Part shown: piece by piece, positions 40,609 through 52,800 of the stretch
Numbering within the stretch: the stretch's first letter is position 1
How the letters are laid out: each line of letters opens with the position of its first letter
Source of the DNA: Zygnema circumcarinatum SAG 698-1b
Lineage: Eukaryota > Plantae > Zygnematophyceae
Assembly (NCBI GenBank): GCA_037447605.1
Contig: CM074807.1
Location: 2,800,327 to 2,864,326, forward strand
Length of the DNA stretch: 64,000 nt
Direction of reading: 5' to 3'
Made by a program: the position numbers and the translations under genes
The notes under the pieces: model-generated
Databases searched by the model: none
What the model saw: the letters and a program-made list of their open reading frames with translations, nothing else
Told to the model about the DNA's origin: nothing

Positions 40609-43583
40609 TTACTTGGAGATTTGGGCTGCCAACTCTCGAGCAAGCTTTGCCGCCACCATGGCTGTCATCCCGTCCACCGTGTCGCGCTGAGGGTTGAATT
40701 CCACCACATCCGCGCCAACAATGTCTCCTGCAGTCGTACCGGATGCCCAGACTGCTTGCATTAGGGGGGGGTGAAGGAGATAAGGTTAGGACTGCTGCAT
40801 GCTCAGCTTGTTGAAGCCTGGTAAGGACAAGTCTTCAACAGCAAAGTACGGCCTCGTTCTCTGAGAACAGAGAATCTTATTTCTTGAGCACTAATTGCGG
40901 CAGTTACTACACCGCGTGGCATGCCAAGGTCCTGGGGGTTTCAGCACAGCGACTCGCCTTCAAGGTTGTGCAAAATGTTGAGTACGTCGCGGAAGGCCAA
41001 GCCTCCCGCTTCAATGTGAGACACTCCAGGGGCTATCGAAGGATCGAGGCAGTCCACATCAATGGAGATGTACACCCCTTTCACTCCTTCACCCAGTTTC
41101 TGCAAATGCACCACCTCCAATTACTGTCGTCCCTCCCTCTGCCTCCTCCGCATTCCCTGGAAAAGAGGCTGTGAGGCAGCCTTCATCCTTATTGCACTCT
41201 TTTCAATAAATGATAAATCATCCTTCACAATGGACATACCAGCATTCAAGGAATCCAATCCACAACGGCATTTAACACCGTATCGACATCCGGCCCAACT
41301 CACCAAACTCTCAAGGAAGGCGCGATCTTTATGGAAGTTGCGCATCTCGTACTGTTCAGCCCCGAACTTCTTCCCTTGCGCACGGCCCTCCTTGGTGATG
41401 GACCGCAGCCCCACCTGCGTCCGGTTCAACCTTCGGCCACTGATTGTAAGTTAACAACCACCCTACAGCAAAAGTACTTTCTCTGCGTGGGCCTTTCTCT
41501 CCCCTAGCACAGCTGCCAGGTTGGGCTTTGCGACTAGCGCGGTTGGTCATTGCAGGACCTGCAAGAGGCGTCGCACGTGTCCTCCCTCCATTATGCGAGC
41601 AAAGGGCGAAGCGTGGGAGAAGTAGTTCCCCTCAAAAGCGACATAGTTATCGGGATGCGCATCCAGATGCAAGATATCGACGGGCCCTCCAAGGTGCTCC
41701 GTGACAGCACGCACCACGGGGTAGGAGATGGAGTGATCACCTCCCAGCACAAGGGGTCTCAGAGGGCTCTGCCTCACCCCATCGCCAGTGAAATTTTTTC
41801 TTAAGATGCAATCACAGGAAGAGGTAGCGCTTTGTGCAGCCAACCGTAGGAAAGGCACTGAGTGCTAGCACTGGGTAGCAATGATCTTGATCTGTCGTAG
41901 AGGGGGACCTATGCCTACCTCTGCCATGACGAGCTTTACTGAGTCGCTGATAACTCGCATGAGCCGCTCATCGTCCAGTCCGCTGTCCCGCAGCTCCTGC
42001 ACCGGCACGTCTCCGCAGTCGGACAGAACCCGCGGGTCAGTGAGGACCAGTCCTGAACCCCGGCCGCGCTCACACACACAATCAGTCACAGACAGAACAC
42101 GCCCAAGTGAACCTTTAGCAGACGCAGGCAGCCGACAAGACAAGGCTAAGCACCACCTTGCAAGAATTTCCAAGAGGCGAATTCAGTCTTGGCAAATGAC
42201 ATGGACTGTCCCAGACAAACGGGCGAGCAGGTCTCTCAGCTATCGTCATGGCTCCCCATTGTTGATGTATCCTTCCAAGCCTCCTCACTTGCTTTCTCAC
42301 TAGTTCTGCATCATGCTTACCTTCTTCCGTGGTGGAATTAGTGCTTCCGCACCAAATGGCTTCTCGAATACGTGGAGGAGCAAAGGCAGGTCCTTGAAGA
42401 AAGGAGGAGTTGTGGCCCAGAGGCACCCCAAGAAGGCATGCAGTGGCCTGAGAACCGCCGGCTCTGGTAACCGCCTCCGCCTGCAGCACCACACGATCCA
42501 TGTGAAGACATTTACAGATCGCCCAATCCCAAAGAAAAGCATTCAAGGTCAAAGAACGAACCAGATAACCATCACAATATGGATACGCTATCATGGCACA
42601 AGCTTTAACGTCTCTAAGAGAACGGAGTAATGTAAGCATCAAAAGGATCAAAGAAAAATGATCCTTGATTGCGAATGGAGAAGACAATAAGCAGCGTAAA
42701 CTAGCCCAAGTGTATGTCCAAAAAACTAAACTTGACCAACAATATCAAATACTTTAACGATTGATAAAAAGAGGCGTCAACAAAAGTAAAGCACATGCAT
42801 AATGAAAGTGAATTTTCCAGAAGGTTGTGAGGTAGGAGGTAGTTAAACAAGTCGAAGCTACAGCAATTTAGCGAGGAATATTCGCGTTGTCAAGTTCTTC
42901 GAAAGAAATTCGCTAAACTTAACACCATATACAAGCAATGTTTGAACGTGTGCACATTAGTATCATTGGCATAAATGCTACGGCCATCTGGAAAGGCGTA
43001 GACATGAGTCATCCGTCAAGCGCACGAATTTCTTAAAATGTCCCTAAAAATGGCTTGTGTTCTTGACGGGATCATTGTTGGCTAAACTGGAATTTCGGAC
43101 GTACGAAGCAAATGAGTATTGCCATTTTTTCCGTAAACAATAAAGATGCTTTGCATACCGTAAGCCGTCCTTTTCAGCATGCAAAGACATGAGAAAGTAT
43201 CTGCAAGTAGGTACGATTTGACGCACTCCTAACGTGCAGCTTTATGGAACTCTCGGAATTAAACGAATCGTAGGGTTTAGATTGTTTGCCTTCACGGAAC
43301 CTAGAGGGAGCATAAGACTTCTTCTATATCCTTCGCACGCTTAGCAACTTGCTAACTAATTGTATAGTCCTGCATGCCTTTGGATTTGAATTCCAGAAGC
43401 CAAATGCGACCTGCATTGCTGCGTCCATTTTTTGTAAACACCGATTTCCATGGCGAAGAATACCTTGAATCGTGCACGTTCGCGGATAAGAGTTAGAGAA
43501 GCTTCCACCACACGCTCCTGCCCAGTGCTGAACTTCCGAAGCCACCTGGAGCCCCATTGCTGGGCCAGCTGTCGATGCGCCAT
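40609..43583 (-). CDS. ARGAH: Plant-type mitochondrial arginase (ARGAH; ureohydrolase family)
   Basis: Seven exons. ASLTLIRERARFK|AEAV, LLGVPLGHNSSFLQGPAFAPPRIREAIWCGSTNSTTEEG, LGGDHSISYP, DAHPD, SHASPFARI, YISIDVDCLDP, GADVVEFNPQRDTVDGMTAMVAAKL. Mn-binding motifs intact. Last intron is GC-AG. Confidence 0.97.
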
Positions 43584-44024
43584 GGCTGTAAGGAATTTCA
43601 CTCCGGCCCTACCTTTTATTAAACTCAGAACAATGAGCTCGTCACTCGGCGGAAAGGCTGAAGGTTTCCAATATGTGCGTGTCTCCTTGTACCTTTTGTG
43701 CCCATCAGCAGAGCCGCACTTACACTGCGCTCTGTGCTAGCCAGGTGCTGCCTTGGGGGGAGCGCATTCACATGCCTCAGTTTAGGAAAAAAACCGTTGG
43801 AACTGGAATCTCGCCAGCAAGGAACAACGCGATTTGTGCAGCGAACTGTCACATGTAGCTCTATACGTTAAAAAAGGTTTAAAAATGGACGCCAGTTTGC
43901 AAGTGCGGCAGTCGGTCAGCGGCGACGCCGGCGGGCCTTCGCGGGAAGTCTCTGGGAATGTCCTCTTTCATTTAAATTGGATTTCTATGGCAAAAAAAAT
44001 CGTCATTGCCCTGCCCAGCCCCGC

Positions 44025-44113
44025 CCTGTTCCTCGTGGTTTCCCATGCTGATGTTGGCCATGTACATCTGATGGCATCATCGCCATCGTGAGACCAATGC
44101 CACTTCCTTTCCA
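44025..44113 (+). repeat. About 90-bp fragment homologous to the distal part of the copia LTRs, upstream of arginase
   Basis: cctgttcctcgtggtttcccatgctgatgttggccatgtacatctgatggcatcatcgccatcgtgagaccaatgccac closely matches the reverse complement of 18471-18560 and, more weakly, 21610-21690. A 23-bp piece also occurs at about 119-142. Confidence 0.8.
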
Positions 44114-44196
44114 TTTGGTCACTGCTGTAAGATAGTTAGAGTACGTCTTTCCATATATGACGAGACGTCGCGGGTAAAATCTTACGCTTTTTATGT

Positions 44197-44308
44197 AATG
44201 GTTCCAACCATTGCAATGGCTTCCAACCATTGGATTCATCATTGCCAACCATTGGCTATGGTTCCGAGCCATTGGATGGCAAACCATTGCCATGGTTGCG
44301 AACCATTG
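44197..44308. repeat. Six degenerate tandem units of a dyad motif ATGGTT-N2/3-AACCAT
   Basis: aatggttccaaccattgc / aatggcttccaaccattgg / ...gccaaccattggct / atggttccgagccattgg / atggcaaaccattgcc / atggttgcgaaccattgt. Confidence 0.85.
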
Positions 44309-44931
44309 TATCGTCCATTATATCATTTACAAAACGATGCCGTTGCTTTTTGTTGCCCTTACCTAAAAAATGGCACTGTTATATTACTCATACCATACAT
44401 AGTAAGCTTACCAAAGTCGCCTACCACGCAGCAGCCAAGCTGAACAACCGAGTACCAACACGCTCCCCAGCAAAGCAGGATAGGGGGAGAGAGATAGGGC
44501 GAGGGGGTGAGGGAGGGGAGGGAGGGAGGGGCACTGCAGAAGGGGATGTATTATGTGACCGCCACCTTACTACAAAGGCTCACGGCCACAGTTCCAGCGA
44601 ATTACGGCATTTATAATGTTTAAGTGTTAGCTGTAATGAACAGAACTAGAAGCGATGCAGAAACTAGATATGAAGCATCGCAAATGATTGATGGAATCCC
44701 TCAAATTCAAACCTTTGGCAGCAAAAACGGCTCCCCTGTTCCAAGATCAGTCACAGGGAAACACAGGGGGGTATCCAGCCAGAGAAGTGCACTTCGTCAG
44801 GAAAAAGGGAACTAAGAAAAAGTGGAATGGGGATGAATCACATGCGGAAGAAGTTTGGCAGTAATGGCAGCAATGAATCTGCATTCCACTGCCAGATGGT
44901 CAACCTACCTGACGACCACAGGCTTTCCTTA

Positions 44932-46796
44932 TTATCTCGTTCTTACCACACCTCTAATAGCTGGTAACAATTCGTGAATATTTGAGCGGAAGTGGCGGCG
45001 GGAAACCCTATTAAGAGTCATGGGCGCATTATCGAGCATTGGTAGCGATGAGAGGGCGGAACCAAGGTGCTGCTGCACTTCAGGCGCCTGTGAAGCTAAC
45101 AGCTCTTTCACCAGAACCTGCGACAGCCATGATAAGGTACTTGTGAGAAAAAAAAAACTCGACGGCTGAGCGGCACAGATCTTGCAGATGCAGGGTCAAG
45201 GTGATACGGAGGCAGAGACCACTTACAGTGTATGCTTGAGGCTCGCATAATACAAGGGGAAGAAGAGCATCGGCAGCCGGTTCGATAAGTTGGACACTGC
45301 AGGTACAATCACACATCACAGGGATGAACTTGAAAAACTGAAATCATCAAGAGATTGTAATATTACAGAAATAAGGGAAGGGACAGGGCAAGAAGAGCCA
45401 AATCACACGGTAATGAGATATTTGGCGCTATCCTGGATGAGGAAGCAAAAGAAAATTTGGGGAGGGAAACCAATCTTGTATTGCAAGACTGATTGCGAGG
45501 CACTAGGGTTTGTAGGCGTTTTCTGAAATCAGGAGCCCACCTGAGGTCCTCAAACAAAAGTGACTGCAGCAGCATGCGAAGGAATGCAGCTAGCACTCCC
45601 TCAGCATTCAGCTTTCCCTGTGCGTGACTGCCCAGACCAGCCCTTCCCTCTGTTCGCGACTGCCAATGCCAGGAGGCCACCGAATTGAGTGACGAGAAGC
45701 AGAGAGTCACCACCTCTAAGTCCTGCACTCCACCTCCCACGCTAACATCCGTGACCATTTTTCTGTTTTCCAGAAGTAGACCTGCTGAACTTTACCACGC
45801 TTAACACTCTTCCTTCCTCGCACCAATGGCTCACCTGATGATGCAGTCCAAAATCCAGTGTTTGCACGAAGGGCGAAAAAATTTCCGAAGGCAGTTCCGC
45901 CATCTTCTCCGGATGCACAGTCAGCAGGTGCTCCAGCAAGCGGAAGTACTGCAGACGCTTGCCATCCCGGTCAGCTCCAAAATCCCTGCTGCTCACACAA
46001 TCAGGGGGGCATTCAGCCTCTACCACCTAACCAGCTACAAGAGGGGACACCTCATAGAGAGTGCTCCACATCTAGGGGGCCCTAAAGGATGAGGGAGGCA
46101 CCTGAAGACACAACTTTGGAACTTGCAATAGCTGGGGCGTCATGAGAGGCAGAACCACATGTAGGCCTGCGTATAGCACCTACACATGCTCAAAGCCAGA
46201 AAGGTAGACATGAAGAGTCGCTTCTCATCAACAAGGGGCAGAAGATATGAAACATGAGTTTTAAACGCTCTCAGCAATTCAAAACATGCATTGGTCAGAA
46301 TAATGCTATAGAAAAGCGGCGAGATGCTTCCGATGGCTACGACAAACCATAGGGAGCGTCAAGGGATAGCCAATATACACCACATGTTCACCTTTGCAAT
46401 GTCTGTTCCCTCTTCTCCGTCCCCTTTCTGGTAGAAGTTCACCTGTACCCGTCAACCTCCACTGGGCTTCTTCATAACTTCACAAGCAGAGCTGTCTTTT
46501 TTCAGAAACGTGTGAAAGTGAGCTTCTCTCACCCCTTCTACAAAGAAAGTTATGGTCACAGTGCATTGACTCCCGTGCAAATTATGGGTGACACATTCAA
46601 ACCGCTTCAATCCACTTGCTTGCTCCTTTCGCCTTATTTCTCCCATCAATCAGTGTCTGCCTCTTACCAGATCCTTGGAGCTTATGTTCATGAGCAACTG
46701 CAGCAACGCTCGCAGGTCCTTATACTTTTCTGACTGTGCCATATTAGCCAGACTCCATGAGGCCTCAATTGACACCTGCATGTGAGCCACAAATGG

Positions 46797-46840
<44 letters not shown>

Positions 46841-49800
46841 AAAAAAAAAAAAAATGAAAAATGGAAATGGGATTATTGCAAATAATGTGGGCGTTCTCTT
46901 CGCGATGTGTTTCAGTGAGGCAGAGGATAAAGCGTGTGCACCTTGCCACAATTGTTGTTGGTATATGTCTTCAACAGACACATGGAGAACTGTAGCAGCT
47001 CTTGACACTCTGCGCTGTTAAGATATGCCATCTCCATCTCCACCCATTCGACCCAAAACTTGAGGATGAGGTAGACAACTGAAGGCTGCAGGAACAGTTG
47101 CTGACATCAGAAAGGTAGCAAAGAGAAGATTCACTAAAGTTGCGCACTTTCCGTATGGATTCACATTACTCTCGGCGAGTAAAGCACACGGCACGTACAT
47201 AGGTAGACAGACACAACTCAGGATATGTCAGTTTTGCAAAGTCGACTCCATAATGCAGGAGAAACGAGCGGAGGCATGATATACGGAAGATATGAAAGAA
47301 CAATGCATACATACCTGATTTGTATATGCATTTAGAAGTTGCAGCGTCGTTTCTCGAAGTGAAAACCCAAGCTGCAGAACAGCTTTCTGGCTTCTGGCAG
47401 TGCAGGCCCGTGCAGCACCTCTCAGCCTCTCCAGCATACAACTTACCTGCAGAAACAGCAAACATGGAACGTCGTCATGCAGCACCCTCATTTACGGTGC
47501 TTCGAGATAACAGCTCCCCTTGGTTCTGCCCTTAATGTCCATCCTCCCTTGACGATAAGTTTCAGGTAAACAGATTCATGGGGTAGATACCGCCTTAGCC
47601 CTTTTCCCCTCTGAGCAGCTGTCAAGCACAGGTTAGCGACTACCTGCCGCAGCACATCCGGCCGCTGTGCGATGTTGCGGAGGTCCTCTCGGCTCGCCAA
47701 CGCCGTCAACTCTGAGCAAGAGTGCCGCATTAGAGCACTCAGCCGCCTGCAGGGAAGCAGACAGACTAACAGACTGAGTTAAGCAGAACGAAAAAATGAC
47801 AAAAAAAGACCAAACACCATTGGTCCCTGATACCAAAAAGGGTCCTTTTTTGGCTTTACAGGGCAGGGTGAGCAAGCAGTTTTCACATGGAAGGCCTTAA
47901 GAGCATGGGTTTACATCGTACTTCAAACCACACACTGGCGGAACAGAGTAGGTCAATGTGTCTGGGCAAGGGAAGAGTACCCACTCATTACAGAGGTTGG
48001 CGTCGGAGGCAGCCGCTGTGCACAGTACTTGTGCGAGAGCCCTCTTCAAGACCACGTACAGAGCCAACAAAAAGTGTGAGCCGCCGAAAACGGAAATGCA
48101 CATTAGAGCTTGAAAGTTCCCTTCAAATTTTCTGCTTTCAAAGGCATGCTGACCAGCTTGCCGCGTGCTTTTAGCAGGCCTAAGATATTCATACATCTTT
48201 CAACCTTGAGCATCAAAGGACATTTTCCCAAGCCCACAAGACAGACCACACGGTTTCTGGAGGGCAACCAAAGACTGCTCGACTGACACCTATGTGGCAT
48301 ACTACCTAAGGTCCAATTATTGTTGCCGGGCATGCGACATCAATCAATACTGTGCAGAAGTCTAAAGCAGCAGTACCAGATTGGATTGAACAAAATGGAA
48401 TAGCACGAACACAAGAGTGGAGAGTAGTGAAGAATTACATGGAGCGGGGCGGGCAGTGCTGCCAGAAGAGCCTCACCCTCTCCAAAGGCCCTCTCTAAAT
48501 CTCGCCAATTATCCTGCGTAAAACAGCTATTCACCATTTGACTCATCATACACTTCCGTATGAATTTACCAATAGAACATTGACCTTTGATCCCTTAAAA
48601 CGATTCCGTTGAGTTCTATTGCGTGCATCTCTTGAAGGTGCTTGCAAAACTGTCAAGCAAAGGTGTTCTTGCACACAAAGGAGCAGAACGCTGACCAGCT
48701 GAATCACGTGGGTACATATCTTCCGATGGCGGACAAGTACAGAGAGCAGCTTGGAGCAGACGAGACCCTGCAATGAAACCCACGGCTTCATGATCACTCT
48801 CTTCCTGGCAAACCTTGAGAATGCTTACGAAAACATCAAACCCCCGTTGAGCGGAAATACGTGTCCCTAAACGCACCAACCGTACTGCTTTGTCTTGCGT
48901 TTGTTTGCCCTCTGGTTACTATCATCTGCAAGTATTGAAAAGGCTCCGTATACTTGTACCGAGTCCCTGCCTGCACCTTCTACACGGGTGGAGAGTCAAA
49001 GATGATGATTGATTTTTTTTGGACTGATCTGATATCTTCTTTACAAAAGCACTGAATTCAATAGAAAAAACACATGAAATAGCTATCGACCACGGCTGCA
49101 TCAGATTAATTTTCTCTTCCTCATTCAGAGTTCACCCAAATGGTGGGACAAAGATGGTCTATTTTGGGTGCTCTTTTCACTTTGTTCTTCCTCCTTCATT
49201 TTCCAGCATCTATCACCACAATGTTGTCTAGCGACTCCATGGTCTGTGCAAACCGTCCCCTGATGCACGTGTACATACCTGCAAGGTGGTCTCTCCGGGC
49301 CATGCGGTGAGAGCAACAAAGGCCACCGCCATGACTGCCTGCAGCACCTGCGGCCCCTCCCCAGCCTCCCCGAAGGCCTCTGCAAGAACGCGGTGTCCAG
49401 AAGCTACCCCTGCTCCTCCACCTCCCCCACCTGCATTCTGTCCTTCATGCGAAATCTGTCCCCTTATATCGACATCTTTATGCTGCCATGGCGGTGCATT
49501 CTTGCCAGGCATCAGGTACGTATCGGCCCAACGTGACAGGAACCAAACAACAGCCTGCATGAAAACTCTGTCAAAGTCAGTATCGATGATTTGCACATCG
49601 ATTACGGACTTAGGAAAGGGAACATGAGCCAGCCCTGTGTCGGTCGCTTTCCCATAGGGTGCACAGGAAGAGATTGCATCACAGTGCGAGACACTGATAT
49701 AGACATTTTTTAGAGTGGATCCTCTGGGTTTACGGACAATTCGGCAAGCCACTCAGTTTAGCCATAGCACGCGCTGACCTCCATAAGGCGAGGACTAAGA

Positions 49801-52800
49801 ATCGCTGAACGCGCTTGTTCGTTGAGGCTCAGACATGAGAGTTCCAATGCTGATCTGCCCTTGGAACCCCCAGAGAGGAGTCAGCCGGGCATTTCTAGAG
49901 AGTAATCTCACGTATGAGGCATCTGAATAGCTGCAAAGCCATTACCATGTGAAGAGTACATGTAACATGAAAAAGGACCGGCATAAACCACCTGAATAGG
50001 ACCACAAGAGGGTGGCTGTTTGCGTCGTTCACATGCTCAAATGCAGCTTCTAGAACTTCAGGAATCTGCAGGAACCACAGTGGGAGTATGCGTTGAACAT
50101 TCAGGACAGACGCAAATAGACATGGAGGATGTCAGGATAATGTCAAACCATCGTCTCGCTGCATGTTTTGGGTGGGCCATTGTTACTGCAGCGAAATCAT
50201 TTGTTTTGTCAATGACCATCTCAGAAATAAAAGGCAAATCCGAATGATTCCTACGTTCTCGCGTGCTTCAGACAGAGGGCAGTGGGCGGTGCATACCAGC
50301 GGAGTCTCCCCCTCTCCAGAGTCTGCGAGGCTGTGGCCGGACAAGAGCAGCAGGCTGTGCAACTCTTCCATGGTTGCCGTTGGATCCTTTTGTTGTCTCA
50401 CACTCTGCATGACACCAAAATGGTACCGTCGTTAAAGTTGTCACTTAAGTATCTCCGGATAGCAAGCGGAAGTAAAAACACTGCATTAGTATGAGGGAAG
50501 ACAGAAATATAGAATATTTCACATGTGCCATCCTCAAACTCCAGGCTACCTTCAACAAAGAAGGCTTTTATGGCTCACACAACACAACCCCTAGGCAGTA
50601 GTCTACGTTCCTTTATCTACGATTGCTTCATTAGGGGTGTCATTAGCTCACCTCAACAAGCCATACGCGACGCTCATTCAAAAGCTCGGCGAGCAGCGGT
50701 AGCGTCTCATGCGGAGCAGCTCGAACTAAAGGCGCCAATGAACTCAGACGATCGTCTCGTGCTGCAAATACGCAGATTGAGGCGAATCGTCATTCAGCGA
50801 GACTTGAATACTCCAGACATGGCCTTCAAGAGGCTTACTCTCTATCAGCTGAAACATGGACCCGACCGAGGACAAGAATACGCCCTCGACTGGTGAAGCA
50901 AGTGAAAGGCCCACCCGCGATCGCTGCCTGCAAGTTCTCGTCCGCGTCATCCTCTTCATGAGCTGCGGCTGCCGCAGCTGCAGACCACCAAAGGTAGATA
51001 GTAAGCTCATTGGAGTTCCCTCATTAAATTGCATATCTCGTACATGATGCAGGAGCCAAATTCACGCGTTCCTCATAGTTCTGAGCATCAGTAGAAATTG
51101 AACTGATGTACAAGCATGTCGCAGATATGCTTTAGCCCTATCAAGAATTGACATCCGCAACAGCATCTTCAGAAGGATGAAACGACCATCCCGGTTGCCT
51201 TGGATTCTCCCGTTCATACAAGATTCAAGATTCATGTGTTAGAAAAACCTAAAATCCACCATGAACGGAATCTTTGTTACATCCTAAATTGAATCATACA
51301 AACCATATTCCAGACAAATGAAGACGTGAGACAAGAGGTAATAATACAAATGTAAAATCCGATATGGCAATGTTGAATTGGTAGAATGCAAAGATGAGCA
51401 TAGATAGATGCATAGATGAGCACCGTAGGGACGTTTCATCTCTGTTGTGGGCTGGATATGCACGCCTCTGTTTCCTACAAACTGAGGCTAAGTGAGGGCA
51501 GCCTACCCATTAGCTCCGCTTGCAGATAGTTCTTCACTACAGCAGCAGCTCCCTGAACGACCGAGGGATGAAGGCTCCTGCTCTGCTGCTCCTTGCCGAA
51601 CTTCAAATCTGGCTGCAGACATCTCAATCCATGTGACATAGTGTCAAAAGAATGCAAGGAGGAACCCATCATCAGCTGCTATCAAAGTGGCCCTAGACTG
51701 TTGCCGAGCTACTTGTAGACACTAAGTAACTAGAATCTCTAATTCAATCATCGCCCAACAAGTCCTGTATATTAAAGCATATTAGTGGTGACATACTTCC
51801 ACAAGAGAGGCCCACGCTCCCAGCAGCACTTGAAAGATCTCGGCCAGCTCGTCATCCTGCTGTGTGCTCCCCCCGTGAGTGATGCACGCGACTGTCACCT
51901 TCACTAGCAATGCAACCCCTCCACCATGCCTGCAGCAACCAAACGCGACTGCTGCATCATTTATTACTCGTCCCTTAACCAGCGTTAACCACCTTATGGA
52001 TGCATTAAGTCCAGCCAATCGTTTGAAACATTTGGAACATGCACCTATAATTCTTATGAGTAGCTCTCGAAATATGCCAGCAGGATACATGGTTGTCAAT
52101 TGAGATAACCACTTACTCTGAGGCGACAAGGCTCGAGTCGAAAGTAGCTGGTGCAGTGCAGCATGCGAGGGCTGCTAGTGCTCGGCATCCATCCAGTAGT
52201 TCACTAACCACCCAGGAAACAATTGGGTAATCCACAGCATCAAAATGACTAGCTGTTCATTACATATTCATTCCGTAGTCACTAACCGAGTTTGCGTGTG
52301 GATTCGTTACTACAGTACTAAATCTTCATGCTGACCAAATGTCAGATTTAGGGGGCCTGTCAGATGAAGGTTCGGCAGTAACAAGAGCTATACTGAAACA
52401 ACGACAGCGAACGATTGATGCAGTTTGATTTCGATTCACGGAGTAAGGCTTTACCTGCTGGGCCCGCCTGAGCTAACAGCCGCCATTACTGCATCTGGAG
52501 GAGAGAGCCAGACAGCTATTCCCGACAGCATCTGCTGTATATAGACCATGTGATTGGAATTCGAATCTGCCGGGCCAGCCAGCACGATTCATCAAAAAAC
52601 ACTATTTGAATTCCATCACCAAACCCAGTACATTCCAAAGCTTAACGAGCCCCCTGTTCCCCTGCAAAATAAGTATCGAGCATTTCGATAAAGCTCATGT
52701 AACTTTTGTCGAGACTACTTGCTCCAAATTGGCTGCCACACTAGATGGCAGCAAACCCATGACAGCCCACCCATCATCGCAGAGAATGCTCATTGCCTTT

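Noticed and set aside
46650-47008. ORFs with poly-Phe tracts
   Set aside because: Translation of the intronic poly(T) run.
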